A DNA stretch of 64,000 nucleotides from Moniliella sp. 'wahieum'. Taxonomy: Eukaryota. Under the pieces are notes generated by a model. The model was not told the origin of the DNA. It ran no database searches and was given only the letters and a program-made list of their open reading frames with translations. Position numbers and translations under genes: made by a program. This document shows positions 1 through 13,350 of this stretch, piece after piece (within the stretch, counting starts at the first letter, position 1; every line of letters begins with the position of its first letter). The stretch is taken from positions 62,001 through 126,000 of the forward strand of contig RSEE01000021.1 in assembly GCA_003971905.1 (NCBI GenBank). Reading direction: 5' to 3'.

Positions 1-832
1 GGCCAATCCCCTCGGTGATCGAGCCGCCAGTAGGTCCATCAACTTGCCGCCCGATTGGATGTACGAGTGGAGCACGCTGCCGGGAGGATCGGCGAGCCAG
101 CATTGGACCTTGCCGTTGGAAATGTCCTTGAGGTAGCGCGTTGTGCCAGCCAGCGTGCCGCCCGTGCCGGTCGCCGCGACAAACCCATCGACCTTACCGT
201 TGGTCTGGGCCCAAATTTCGGGTCCGGTCGAGTCAATGTGCGCCTGGCGGTTGGCCACATTGTCAAACTGGTTGGTCCACACGCATTGTCCAGCGCTTCG
301 GCGTGCCGACGCGCCTGGTGGTTGTAGTTGTCGGGGTTATCAAACGCCACGGCAGGCACGGGGTGAACTTCGGCGCCCAACATGCGCAGTAGATCAATCT
401 TTTCCTGGCTGGGTGTTGGGCATGTAAATCACGCACTTGTACCCTTTGCGCGGCACACATGCGCCAATCCGATCCCCGTGTTGCCTGCCGTACCTTCCAC
501 CACGGTCCCGCCCGGCTGGATCAACCCTTTCTTCTCTGCATCCTCCACGATCCACAACGCCGCTCGGTCCTTGACGCTTCCCCCCGGCTCCATAAACTCG
601 GCCTTGCCGTAAATCTCCGCGCCCGTTCTTGGCTCAGCTTGGCCAGGCGCATCAACGGCGTGTTGCCCACGGCGCCCACAAAGCCCGGCACAGGCTGGGC
701 GTACTTGCTCGCCACGTCGGCCGAGCGCACCATAGCCGACGTGGACAGCAGACGCGAGGCAGGCAAGCCCGCCCGCGGCGGAAGCGAAGCGACCCGCGCG
801 CTGAGTGTACGTCCGAGCACCGAAGCAGCCAT
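1..832 (-). CDS. Cysteine synthase (O-acetylserine sulfhydrylase, PLP-dependent) with a probable mitochondrial presequence; 3' end runs off the window
   Basis: Stitched frames give [13 protein letters not shown]...[31 protein letters not shown] (PLP lysine motif), [33 protein letters not shown] and ATGTGGT. Several 1-bp frameshifts. Confidence 0.93.
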
Positions 833-1040
833 CGTCCCCAGCAGGAGTTGGTGGTTGAGTGGTGGCACAACGAGCAGAGGCGAGCAGAGCAACGCCCGAA
901 TCTTCCGGTGGCTTTGGCGGAGATATTGGTTGGCACCCAGGGACGGTGCCCGTCAATACGCCATCGAAGCCAGCCGCCCGGTACTCCAACGTTGCAAGTT
1001 GCACCAAAGCCCCCGTTTAATACAATCAGTCCCAGACATC

Positions 1041-1079
1041 CGCGTAATCAACGTAATCAACGTAATCATCGTAATCAAC
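1041..1079. repeat. 9-bp tandem repeat (CGTAATCAA) x4 upstream of the cysteine synthase gene
   Basis: cgtaatcaa cgtaatcaa cgtaatcat cgtaatcaa read directly. Confidence 0.85.
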
Positions 1080-1490
1080 CGGGTGATATGTGAGTCCACT
1101 TTTTTGTAATTTCCCCTCCGGCACGAGATGTGCTCGAACTCCATCTCCCCTCCCGGCCTTGGACACGCCGGACAGCCTGCCCCCCATGCGACACGCGACA
1201 CGGGATCCCGCTCTTTTGGCTCAAATTCCAGCTGCAAAGCCTACCACCCACCTTGCGCAGTGCACCACGCAGAGGCCCCTTTAGAAGAGCTGGGAACTAC
1301 CTGACCAACACAGTAGATACAACATGCAATCATGGCATTGGGAGAAAAATCGATGTGTGGCGAGGATGAAGGAGGGGAGAAGATACGATGTGAGCGTGTA
1401 GAAACACAGGTTATGCAATGTAGAGAGGAGGGGTACCAGGCTTGGAAGAGGAGGGCTGAATGGGGAGATAACATGCGCTGCTCGAGCGGA

Positions 1491-3817
1491 TCAGCTGCTG
1501 AAGGGGACCAGACGCCGCAACAGTTCCGAGCCGGCGAGGTTACGCTCGATCTGGGCTGCGCCCTTGACCTTGTTGCCATTCTCGTCGGTAGAGCCCGACA
1601 TGACCGACTTGTTCTCGATCGAGCGGCGGACAAGGTAAGGCATGACGAGGTTGAGCGGGCCATAGGGTATGTACTTGAGGACCATGTGCGGTCCCGCCCG
1701 CCCGAATACGGGTCAAACGCAAGCTGCAGACGGCGAGTCAGGCCATCGGCCATGCCAAGCAGCTGGCCAAATACGATCCTGCCACGGATGTGCGGCTCAA
1801 GCTGGAGCATGACCAGCTCAGGCTTGTCCGTCGCAGGTACCACCTGCGCGTCCGGCTGCTCGTAGTGGTCTTCCACCTCTTTGAGCCGCTGCGTGTTGGG
1901 GCGAGGCCAAGCCCAGATCGACCATACGACGGGCGACCTTCATGCTGCTCTGCCAGTTGTGCGTGGCGAAAATCACGCTGATCCGAGGCCAGTGGTCATC
2001 ATTCACCGCAATGTCCGACGCGATCTCGTCAATCAACCGAACTGCACACCCATCAAAGCAGCGGTCCGTCAATGTCTTGTTGCGCCACACAGGCGACCGC
2101 CATTCCGACTTCCTCCCCACTCTTTGTCTCGGCGCGCACGAGAGCTTCAGCCTCGGTCGAAGCAGGTGGCGTCAGAACATCCTTCTTAGCCCACTGCTTG
2201 TTCTCCGACTCGACGTACGCCCCGCGCACCAGCTTGACGCCCACTGTGTATCCTTGTGCGCGAGCCCGCTCAATCGAGGCGGCCAGGTACGAAGGCGTGC
2301 GGCGCAGGTACGCCTGGTACGTGTTGAAGACCAGGGGTCCGGGCACATCCTCGCTCGGCACAGGCGGGGCTGGGTCCGACAAGCTGGATGAGCTTCCCCA
2401 GGGGAGCATACGCCTGTACCACGCGTCACGTGCGTTGCCCCCCGCTGAGAAGCAGGAGGAATCCGATTAAACTCGTTTGGCCAACGCCTCGTACATGGCA
2501 TCAATTGCAGGTTGGAACCAACTGTACTCTGCATCCACCACCAGTCGCACATTGCCCACGTCGCGCGCCTTGATGGCCAACTGACGGAGACTCTGGTACA
2601 GTTCCTTGAGCGATTCCTGGTCTGCCCGGGGTAGGCCAGCAATGGGGATGGCCAGGCCGGCCGCGGCGCCAAAACCGCCGTTCACATTGAAAGGAGGTGC
2701 CGGCGTAGGCGGGGAAGAAAAGTGCTCGCGCGGAACGATGACGCTGCTGGCTCGCTCGAGCACAGTGGGATCTTTGAGCGCGCCAGAGAGTTTGATGGCA
2801 ATCATGGTGGAGCCATTGCGCGAAGGGCGATCTTTCAACTCTTGAGCTTCTTCCGCAGAAAGAGCGCCTTGCGAATCTGGGATGTGGGCAAAGCGGCCAG
2901 CCACTTCAACCGACTCCATCAAGTCGTCGATGATCGAGTCGTAGATAAACCGGTACTTGGGCGGAGCAGGATTGGCTGCTTCAGCCAGCGCGGCCTCAGC
3001 CTCCTTGCCCCCGGCGCATGCGGATGCGGTGTTTGGCCTGGCGAGTCATGGCGTCCAGGTCGGTCGTCGACCCATCCGTCGAATGGATCATCTCGACGCT
3101 AAGTTGAGCAGTGCGCCAAGATTGTCGCGGGACAGGTTTTGCATCAAAGGATACAATCCTCGGCACATTCCGCGCCGACAAACTGATCAGAGAAAGAAGA
3201 TGTGAGTTCATTGGAAGAACAAAGCGGACGAAAAAGGCAGGCATATTGGGGGACGTACCTGCTTGAATGTTTGTTCGATCAACCACGTCGTAGCCATGTT
3301 GACACCAGGAATCGACGTGGTCAGCCCCCAATCAAGCAACCCGGGCGCAATGTCAATCAGCTGGGGAATGCAGCACATGGAGTAGACAGCAAAGCGGGAG
3401 AGTAGGTCGCTGGTCGACATGTGGCGGAAGGGGCGTGGGTCGACATAGGTAAGCGCCTCGCCGTTGACAGGGATGAGATGCGCCTCTTCAAAGGGCACCC
3501 TCGAAGCGCCGAGACCCGAGAGGGCGTTGCGGTTCTTGATGACCGACTCTTGCGCTGTTTCGGGGAGATATGTTCTCGGTTTCGAGATCGAGCAGGTCGA
3601 GCTTGGGTTGCTGGGCCGACTCGGCAAAGAGCACGCCGCCCGACTGGACAGTAGCCAGCAGCACCGCGAGCGTTGCGGCGCCAGTGCCCCAGCGAACATA
3701 GTCCGTCCGCCCGGAGGAAGGGCGAGGGGGGGCGGTGGAGGCGTGGCGAAGGACGAGGTGAGCGCGGCGGCCAGCGACAAGGCCAGCGCGCGCAGTGGCA
3801 CTCACAGGGAAGAGCAT
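1491..3817 (-). CDS. PUT1: Proline dehydrogenase (proline oxidase), mitochondrial
   Basis: Motifs IAIKLSG, VRLVVDAEYSWFQPAID, VFNTYQAYLR, GVKLVRGAY, VIFATHN, FGQLLGMAD, KYIPYGPL..VMPYLVRRSIEN. Intron at about 3184-3258. Presequence-like N-terminus. Multiple indels. Confidence 0.93.
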
Positions 3818-3873
3818 CCTCGCAAACAGCTTGCAGCAGGGGGCTGGGGCGGGGGGGCGATGGAAGGACGGCG

Positions 3874-3880
3874 TTTTATA
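3874..3880 (-). promoter_or_regulatory. Putative TATA box (TATAAAA) of PUT1
   Basis: ttttata on + reads TATAAAA on -, about 60 bp upstream of the ATG at 3817. Confidence 0.5.
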
Positions 3881-4440
3881 CGCGGCCACACCCCCGCCCG
3901 TTCGAACGCAGCGCCAATTAAACCGAGATAAATTGATAGCCCGTCCAAGGCTTGCAAGGCGCCATATAACCCGCCCCTGCTATTTACCCGTCCCACCTGG
4001 CGCCCGGGCAGTGTGCGAAATCAGCCGCCGCTGGGCCAGTGCCCGGCACACAGGCAACACTGCCCCCCTGCGCGCAACCAGCAGTCACGCTAGGGTTAGT
4101 CACGCCTGCTTGTCTCTCAGATCTCGCATCTCAGTCTCAGTGCGACGGTCGGAAATGTGAGATTCCCATATTATTCCCAGACCATCGAGTATCCTCCGAC
4201 CGCGTGCCCTGCGCGTGACATGCACACGTCAGATAGTGCGCCGGTCGCCCTGCGGCAAATTTCACCCATTCACCCGACCCGCAGGTTCAGCAGGGCGCAG
4301 CTTGGCAGCACCAGCCTCCCACACATCTCCATCCCCGCCCTCGGATCTCGTTGCATCCACCAGATCTCCTCGGCCGAAACACACAACCCGGAGGTTTGCC
4401 ATCCACCACACGCCTCCTGTGCCGCCCCGCCCCTCGTTCC

Positions 4441-5484
4441 ATGCCCACCGACACTCTCCTCGAGGCAGTCAACCTTTGCCACAACCACGACCCGTGGTCT
4501 GACCCTGGTTTATCAAGCTCGTTCACGATCCCACAGGCCGCCACCTCGTCCCCCCGCGCCACGCCACTTTGGCCGCCGAGCGGCCCGAAGCGACCGCCAG
4601 CGTTATTGGCTTTGTTTCGCGCCATGTTCTCCCCAGCCTCATCCGCGCCGGTATCGCCGCCGCGTCGGAGCCAGCAAGCGATGCAGGCACCCCCACCAGT
4701 CTCGCTTTAGTGCAGGCGTCATCCCCCAAGGGGGAGGAGGCCCTGTTCCTCTACCCTTCTAGCCTAAGCTACGAGGCGCGGACGCACAAATGGCCTCGGT
4801 AAGTGCCGCTCTTCGCGCTGGGCCAGAGTTCCCCTTTGTGGCCAAAGGATGGCGAGACGAGTTGTACACCATCTATGGCCCCACTCCAGGTCAAAAACTC
4901 TTCTCGATGGAGCGGAGCGTTTGCTCCTTGTTTGGCTTTGCCACCTTTGGTGTTCATGCCACCGCGTACACATTGGGTGCCGATGCTCAATTCCATTTCT
5001 GGGTCCCGCGCCGGTCCGCGACCAAACAGACCTGGCCGGGTATGCTGGACAATACGGTCGCTGGTGGTTTGTCGGCCGGGGAGCGGCAAGTGGATGCGAT
5101 GGTGCGCGAGTGCGAGGAGGAAGCCGGCCTCCCTGCTGACTTGGTAATCCCCCGCTCAAGTCGGTAGGGACATGTCCTACTTTACCTCTCGGGCCAAGGT
5201 GCTGGCGGGCTGGGCCTGTCGCAGCCAGAAGTGCAGTACTTGTACGACATTGAGTTGCCGGACGACGTGCGGCCGCACCCGGTGGATGGGGAGGCGGAGG
5301 AGTTTACGCTCTTCTCAGCTTCCCAGGTGCTTGAGGCGATTCGGACGCGCCAGTTCAAGCCCAATTGTGCTCTGGTGTTCATCGACTTTTTCCTCCGCCA
5401 TGGCCTGCTGACCCCGAGACGGAGCGGGACTATGCATTGCTCCTCCCGCGCCTTCACGCCGACCTGGGCATGGCCACGCCATAA
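4441..5484 (+). CDS. Nudix hydrolase, YJR142W / thiamine-pyrophosphokinase-N-terminal-like
   Basis: [47 protein letters not shown], Nudix box [44 protein letters not shown]; frameshifted. Confidence 0.88.
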
Positions 5485-5823
5485 CCCACCCTCGCGCGTA
5501 TCTCCATAATCTGCTCTGGTGGATGTTATGTATGCTAGGTAGGTTACTGTGGCCGGCCACGATGGATGGCGGGCAAGGCACCTTGGTACGGAAGTGTAGG
5601 AGTGCATCAACGGATGATGATAGATGGTGGATGAGTCGGCGACGCTCCTCCCTGAGGGTTTCCGCGCTGGTTTCCGCAGCTGCGAAACCGTCGTTGAAAT
5701 TACGTCATGTCTGCATCCACTGGCTCGGTGCGCGAGCTGGATTTTTTTCTTCGCCCCGCTGCGTCACACGCTCCCCTCGACCAACCCCCGACGCTCCTTG
5801 CCCTTGCCCACCGCTTGCCCGCC

Positions 5824-6985
5824 ATGAGTACACCGTCCAGAAGATCGCTGAGATCGAGTCCGAAATTGCTCGGACCCAGAAGAACAAGGCTACTTCCTAC
5901 CATCTTGGCCAGCTGCGTGCCAAGCTGGCCAAGTTGAAGCGTGAGCTCATTACGCCTTCGGGCGGCGGCGGTGGCGGCGGCGCTGGTTTCGATGTTGCGC
6001 GTACAGGCATTGCCTCAGTAGGATTCGTTGGATTTCCCTCAGTAGGAAAATCAACATTGATGTCCGGGTTAACCGGCACGACCTCCGAAGCGGCTTCGTA
6101 CGAGTTCACTACGCGTACGTCTCCGCCCCTCTCGCCCTTGAGTGAACTCTTCAGCTTGCTGACCCTGCTTGTAGTGACGACGGTCCCCGGTACGATGCTG
6201 GTGCATGGTGCGCGAGTTCAGATCCTTGATCTGCCTGGTATCATTGAGGGTGCTAAGGACGGAAAAGGTCGTGGTAAGCAGGTCATTGCTGTCGCACGAA
6301 CCTGCAACCTGATCTTTATTGTGCTAGACGTGCTCAAGCCCATTTCTCACAAGGCCATCATTGAGCGCGAATTGGAAGGTTTTGGAATTCGGCTCAACAA
6401 GAAACCCCCCCTCATCTCCGTCAAGAAAAAGGAGAAAGGGGGGATCAACATTACCCACACGGTGCCGCTCACCAAAATTGACCCTGACGAGGTGCGTGCG
6501 GTGCTGTCCGAGTACCGCATTTCCAATGCCGAGGTGGCATTTAAGGAAGACGCTACGCTGGAAGATCTGATTGACGTGGTTGAGGGCAACCGGATGTACG
6601 TGCCGGTCATCTATGTGCTGAACAAGATTGACGGCATCTCGATTGAGGAGCTGGACCTGCTGTACAAGATCCCACATGCCTGCCCCATTTCGAGTCGCCT
6701 TTGGCTCAATGTGGACGAGCTGATCGAGCAGATGTGGGATCGGCTAAACCTGGTGCGGGTGTACACGCGACCCAAGGGCCTGGCGCCCGACTACACGGCA
6801 CCAGTTGTGCTCCGCACTGGGCGTTCGACTGTCGAGGACTTTTGCAATGTGGTACACAAGGATATCATCAAAGAGTTCAAATACGCTATGGTCTGGGGCA
6901 AATCGGCCAAACATCCCAAGGGCCAACGGGTGGGCGCGGACCACATCCTCCAAGACGAAGACATTGTCTGCATTTTCAAAAGTAA
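5824..6985 (+). CDS. RBG1: Developmentally regulated GTP-binding protein 1 (DRG1/Rbg1, OBG family, TGS domain)
   Basis: MST(T)[28 protein letters not shown]1 [20 protein letters not shown] across intron 6115-6174, [13 protein letters not shown]; indels near both ends. Confidence 0.93.
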
Positions 6986-7263
6986 CCGCTGCCGGCCAGC
7001 TGGCGTGATGATTGGGGGGAAGGGGGGGTAACTGCTCAAGCGCTGACTCTGTACCCGGCCTTCCCCTCTGAATCCTTTATGCATTGTACATGCTCTACAT
7101 GGTGTACGGATATACGCAAATGTGAGGCATCGCAGCCATAGGCGGCGCAAGGGAGAAGGCGAGGATTGGGGACTTTCCCTGGTTGCCACTATACAGCAAC
7201 TTGCAGCGGGAAATCCACAGCGCCCTTTCGGTCCTAAGAAATTACATAGGAAGTTTCCATCGT

Positions 7264-7361
7264 GTTCTATTAGCTCAGTTGGCTAGAGCGTCCGACTGTT
7301 ATACACACGGCCTGTGCCCTATGGCATCGGGAGGTCGTTGGTTCGAGCCCAACATGGAACG
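7264..7361 (+). tRNA. tRNA-Asn(GUU) with a 24-nt intron (7302-7325)
   Basis: Acceptor stem GTTCTAT/ATGGAAC, A-box TAGCTCAGTTGG, anticodon stem TCCGA/TCGGG with GTT at 7298-7300, intron at the canonical 37/38 position, T-arm GTTGG-TTCGAGC-CCAAC. Confidence 0.95.
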
Positions 7362-7362
7362 C

Positions 7363-7367
7363 TTTTT
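7363..7367 (+). terminator. RNA polymerase III terminator (T5) of tRNA-Asn
   Basis: TTTTT immediately after the tRNA 3' end. Confidence 0.8.
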
Positions 7368-7759
7368 GCCAACAAAGACAAATTCTTCTTCACTCCCTTG
7401 GACCACCATTAACAAACCCGCTGTGACAGCTATCCTCCGGCCCCCAGTCGGCAGATCAGGTTCGCCTTGGTTCCTTCGGCTTCCACGCTGCGGATATCGT
7501 CCCAGCGTGACAGATTGCCCCTGTGTGCCTCACTGGCCCCGTGCCTGGTCCGGCCTCCTATACAGATGCCTCTGTACCCAAGTCCGACTCAGGCTTCAAG
7601 CTTCAACCATCCATCACCATCTCCTGATCCGGATCCCTAGGCCATCAACTACTGGACACTTAAGCTACACACTGCATGTTGTGGGCAGGGAAACGAACTC
7701 ATAGGATTAAACGTCCCTCAATTCACATTGAAAGACGACGGAAGGCACCGTGGTCATAA

Positions 7760-9982
7760 TTAAGCACTGCCGTGCACCTTGAGCACCTTGGTCCAAAACT
7801 TCTCCCAGCGGGCATCAAGGTGAGCAAGCAGTTGAGTCTTTGTCGCAGGCTTCATCCGAGCATGCAGCAGCGACTGGCGCGTGATCTCGCGCAGCGTGAT
7901 CAGCGACATGTTCTCCAGCGACATGTAGGTGAAGAACAAGTCGGGCGTCAAGCCCGTGTTACCAAACTGAGTGCAGTCGTCGCTGGCCAGCGCGATGGGG
8001 AGGCCATTGGCAACGAAATCGACCAATGGGTGGGCCATCAACGTATCCGTAAACCGCAGTACTTCATTGCTGATCGGGCAACATTCGATCAGAATGTCTT
8101 TCTCCTTGACCAGCTCCATCAGCAACGGGTGCTTGTGCAGCGAAAAGCCGTGCCCGATCCGACGAGTGCCGAGCAAAATTGCGTCGTACAGGTTATTGTC
8201 GGCCGGCTGGAAAGAAAAAAGAAGAGAGTTAGATCTTTGGAACACAGACTCGTAGGAGGCACGCATACCCCACCCGACTCGAGCGTCTCGCCGGCATGGA
8301 ACAAGAACGGAAGGCTTGCCTCGCCCATTGCATCGAACTTATCAGGCTGGGACGAGTCCCACCAACCACGCTGCTTGACCTGTTCAGAGAACCACAGCAG
8401 CTCAGGCAGATATTCCTGAAGCGAAGCGCCCATATCCTCGTGGCCAACCAAGTCGTACCCCACAATGAGATTCGGATACGCCTCCTTGCACTTGAGGCAC
8501 TCCGCCATACTCTCCCGCAATGTAGGTGCATCAACAAAGCGGATGGTGGTAAAGATGAGTTTGGCGGTATGGAAATAGAGCTGGTCATCAGATGTGCGAG
8601 TCTGATTGGCCTTGGCCACTTCCGCCTTGACCTCGGCTTCAGCCTGAGACATTGTACTGGTCAGCAACCCAGATCTCATTCAAAAAAGATTGTCACTCGC
8701 CTCCAACCAGATGCGGCACCACTCCGTATGCGGAAGTTCGGTTTTCATATCTTTGGCGAGGATGCTCTTCGGCAAGAAGTTGGCCCGAACCTCCATGTAG
8801 GGCACTCCATCCAACACATGGTCCCACATGACCTGCTTGGCCGCGGCGAAAAAGTTAGGTTCGTAGTTGATTAGCCCGCTGATGACAAAAAAGGTGCTGC
8901 TGAAATGCGCCCAGGCCGAGATGGACGTCTGCCGATCAGCCACATAGGCGTGGGGGGTCATAGTCAAACGGCTAGGTCACGCGTCCATGTTAGTGCATTG
9001 CTCGGATGAAAGTGACTGGGTAACGTACCTGTGCAGCCAAGCGTCAAACGCATCTTGCTCCGGCTTGAACTTGCCAGGGATGGGGGTGTGATGCATGCGA
9101 TCCAGCGCACGAAAGCGAGCCGTGATGGCCGGCGTATCGTAAGTGTCAGGGTGTGGGAACGAATCGCGCGACAGAGCCGCAGAGGCCCAGGTGTTAGGTT
9201 CATACAGAGACGACCAAATCAAATTGGAGGCTTTGGTGTACTCGTCGCTGGATCCCCACTTGTCAGGGTGAATGACTTTGAACTCAATACGTGCTTGGTA
9301 CAATTGGGACACAGTATGCAGCGGCCGGTCGGAACGAAGGTACAACTCGGGAGTAGTCGCTGCAAATTTGAGGTAAAGATGAGGATCAACAGAGCCCTCG
9401 AAATGACAGTGAAGGTCACCTCCCTTGGGAATGGACTTGAAGAGACGGTATACAGGAGACAGGTCGCTCAGCAGACCGGAGCGCATCGCCTGGAAGATGC
9501 CCATACCACGGTATACTTCATCTTCTCTTGGCTGGCCGTACAGAAGAAACTCATGCTGCTCTTCATCATGGTACTGCAGCTCAGCTGAAGGCAACGGCTC
9601 ATCGTTCATGTCGGACGAAACTTTCCTTGCGCCGGAGCACAGTCGAGATGGGGGACGACAGGGCATCGTTGGGTTGCTCCACCTGATTCATATCGCCAGT
9701 CTCTTGGACCAGGTGTCGGCGGGGGTTATTGAGGCCAGGGGATGTAATAAAGGGAGTACGTTCCATGTCGCCCTTGTGTGACTTGGCAAATGCCTCCCAC
9801 TCGGCGGTGCGCATTTGGGCCAAAGCGGCGTTGGCAGCCCTCTCGAGCGCCGAGGCCTGCTGGACGGCGGAGGCATCAAGGCGACGCGCATGCTCAGCCT
9901 CTATGAGCGTTCGCCGGGCATCAAGGTAGGACTGAGCATCGCTTGTGTTATAGGAACGCAGACTGCCAGAACCGTCTTGCAT
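7760..9982 (-). CDS. Adenosine deaminase, ADA2/ADGF (CECR1-like) subfamily
   Basis: N-terminal YLDARRTLIEAE, PKGGDLHCH, GYDLVGHED, FLFHAGETL, DNNLYDAILLGTRRIGHGFSL, IECCPISNEVLR, LASDD. Intron at about 8206-8268; frameshifted. Confidence 0.9.
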
Positions 9983-10257
9983 GGCACAAGCGGATCAGAG
10001 AGGCAATGGTGGTGGTGGTGGATGTCGTGATCGCGTGGTCAGGGGATAGTGCCTGGTGGTGCTTCGAGGCAGACCAGGCGTTAGTGCGCCGGAAATTGAA
10101 ATGTGAGTCGGCTTTTGTCATCGTAACGCCTAAGTCCGAAAAGTCCAAGCCAGCTACTGCTGCTGTCTGCTACTGCGCCTACTGCGCGTACTGCGCGTCG
10201 CACTTGACTACAAGCAAAGGGGAAAAACAAGTACATCCATATCAGACCCGATCCTTG

Positions 10258-11918
10258 TTAGGAGGATGACGGGGGCGGTGGGAGCGATGCGGAGGGCTGG
10301 GAGCCGTTGGCGCGGACGCGAAGCGCGTTGAGTTCCGTAGAGGCCCGGTCCAAATTCTTCTTCAACTCGAGTGCCGTCGTGATGGCGCCCAGCAAACCCT
10401 CCCACTTCTCTACATTGCGGGCTGTGGGGAAAACGAGGCGCTGGGACGTCATAGGGGGTGTGTCCAGCGCAGCCAGCACCGCCGCCGTCCTGGGGGCCAA
10501 GTTGGTCCGGGGAACGAGGATCCGACTCGAGCGCACATACGCCCCGTGCGAGTGCCCCGAACCCGTACCCAACGGAGGTTGGGTCGATGGTGTACCTGTC
10601 AGCAGCGGGTATGGTCCACGAGATGGAGGGCCTTGGGTAGGGTCAAAGCGTTGAATGTAGTGCTTTTCATCAAAGGCGGCATCGATAGTTTCGCGAGGAG
10701 CCTCGGAATTGACCGCAGCCGGAGTCTCAGGGGGAAGAAGGGAAGAGGAATCGCTCGCCTGCTTCGGCCTTGATGGGCGCAGATGTTGACACGGAAGTAG
10801 AAGCCGGAGCATTTTCGCCCGATGGGGTAGGGCCCTCGGTAGTTTGAGTCCGACGCTTCTTTGAAGCAGGCTCGGGGGGGACTTCAATCCCCGCGCCCGC
10901 AGCGGCGATGGAGGCTGGCGTGGCATCCAAAAGGCGTTCCCAACCCCCGAGAAGACGCAACAGGTCTTCTCTGTCGGAAGCAAAACGCGCTTGTTGTTGC
11001 TCAATCCGACGCGCTTCGATGTACAGAGCCTCCTCCTCCGCCAAGGCTTCGGGTGACCTAGCATACAATGCTGCGACGGCCGCCCGGCGCGCTGTCTCGG
11101 CGCGTGCATCGTACGCGTATCTTTCAAGAAGACGTTGACGTGAAGCCGTATCATCGACAGATATGCGGCTGCGGATCAATCTGCGACACACAGCATAGTA
11201 CCGCGCCTGGAGGTCCTCCGAAGAGCGTGGCTTGACAACCGAGGTGTTGCCCAAGTAGGCGGCCGCGTTGGCAGGCCAGTCATAGCGATCATAGATCACA
11301 GGCCAGCGCAAGTCGTAATCGGCAGCAATGTCCATCAGGTAATCGGTCTCCTCCTTGGTCCACGCCTCATCGCGAAGATGGGCGCTGTATTCATCGTTGC
11401 TGTACGAATAAACGCCGCTGCTAGTATTGAAGGCCGCAAAGCGGTACTCTAGAAGATGGCCAAAATACCTTGTCAGTTCAACCGAGGGGAACAAGGGATG
11501 GTACGAAAAGAATCAACATACCCAATTCCTCTTCTGGGTCTTGTGGTGTCTCCCCTGGGGCAGGAGCAGGATGGCGAGACCAGTGAGTGAGGACCAGGTC
11601 GTCCTGACGTGCCGGGTTGCGGAACGGGGTGGGGGCCCAGTGGTGGGCAACACGCGCATGGCCTTCGGTACGAAGTCTTGGGTTGTACTTCTTTCCGCTC
11701 GGTCTCACGACAGGACGATGCTCAGAGGCGAGGGCAAGCGAGGGCGCGTTGGAGCCGAGCAGGGCGTAGAGCTCACGTGTGATGCCGTCCACACGTGGTC
11801 TGGGGCGTGCGGCAGCGGTGCTGGGCACAGCACGCGACACCTGGGAAGACCCAGCGGGTGCAGTGCTCCCCTCAGCGGGAAGCTCGAGGATGTCGCGCAC
11901 GTCCCGTGCTGACGCCAT
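10258..11918 (-). CDS. SWC4: SWR1/NuA4 subunit Swc4/Eaf2 (DMAP1 homolog), SANT domain
   Basis: MASARDVRDILEL, DGITRELYALLG, WAPTPFRNPARQDDLVLTHW, EYRFAAFN, WTKEETDYLMDIAADYDLRWPVIYDRY, EEEALYIE; intron at about 11450-11522. Confidence 0.9.
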
Positions 11919-13350
11919 ATGTGGAGAAGACCGCGATGGTGGTGATGGTGGTGGTGCTCATGCCTGGGCCGGCACGCGGCTAGGTAGCGAGCGGAATCCC
12001 TGCGAGAATTCCGCCCACCATTATTTTGGGCAACAGCCTACCTCCAGCACGACGGCCTCTGCGCCACCAGGATGTCACTCGACGCGCTCACGCCCTTGCC
12101 CCTCGAGGTCAAAACGCCTCCCACCGGCGCTCTCCAGGTCACTATTTGAACGGAGGTGGCCGCTCGTATATGGGAGTCCATTGACGACTCCGTTAAGAGC
12201 AAACCGACGACATCGAACCACCGTGCCGCATTCGCATTGGAGAGGAACTCCGACGAAGTAGAGCGCATCATCCCATCTACTTACTACTTAACTACTTGAG
12301 GCGTTATTCCCTTTGAGTGCGACTGGCGAAGAGCCCAGGGGATTGCCCTCCTCGCCTTATCATGTTGTGGTGGTTCCTCTTCTTACATTGTATGCTGGCA
12401 TGCTGGGATTTCAGGGAAGAGGGCAAAAGGCCGAAAACCATAGGTACTACAAACCTATACTTACCATGGAGTCCTTCATCCAACCTTCCTACTCCCCTCT
12501 TAAGTTTCTCGGTCGACCCCGACCGACACGTTTTCTTTCACTGGCCGTATTGGTGGCAATGTCATTAAGTTTTTGTAAGGGAAATGGAAGATAGAGCAAT
12601 CTGCATGGCGATTATGGCGGGTATGCTTTAACTGGTCTGAAGGTTGAAGCCAAAAGTTGGGGAGGAGGCACACTACATGGAACCCACATGGCAGTTTCGC
12701 TTTTGCCCACAGCCTAGCACAACTCATCAAGCTGCCTACTCGTCAACCTTCAACAAACATGTCTCGGCTGCCTGTTTTTAGTGCTGGACCCTGGGAGGTT
12801 CCGGTTCCGCACGTTTTGAAGAGAGGCTGCCACCACGTCCTCTTTCTCGTGCTGCTGCCATAATGCACTTATCGATGCGGTAGACTTTTCCGTCATGCGC
12901 GTCATGGCCGGTGCCGGTGGTGGCGATGGGCAGACCTGGCTCTGCCTAAGCCGCAAAAGGGGAGCGATCCGGCTGATCGATACTTAGCCTCTCAGATCTC
13001 ATATCTCAATTAGGTAGAGTGGGCCCGAGGACCAACCAGCTGGTGCGTGGCCGGCGCTGGAGGGGGGCTCTGCTTATTCGCCGGGCGTGGATATTGTCAG
13101 TAATCGGAGCGTCAGCAAAAAACGCATGGCGCCAGTGTCGGAAGAAATGTGCTAAGCGCGCTTAACCGCGGTGGCTGCCACGCACGCCGCCAGTGCGCTC
13201 GGGCCAAGGCGGATGTATCGACAATCTCATCTCCGCCCGACGGCTGGCATGGCTACTTGAGCGCCGACAGCGACATCTTTGCTTCTCTCCCATCTTTGAC
13301 CACCACCACCCCTCCCCTGCCTCCGCCCTCGACGCCCACGTTCGATCACC

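Noticed and set aside
12082..12299. Small ORF-like stretch MSLDALTPLPLEVK... continuing past a TGA
   Set aside because: Short, with no recognisable family and no evidence of readthrough or SECIS.
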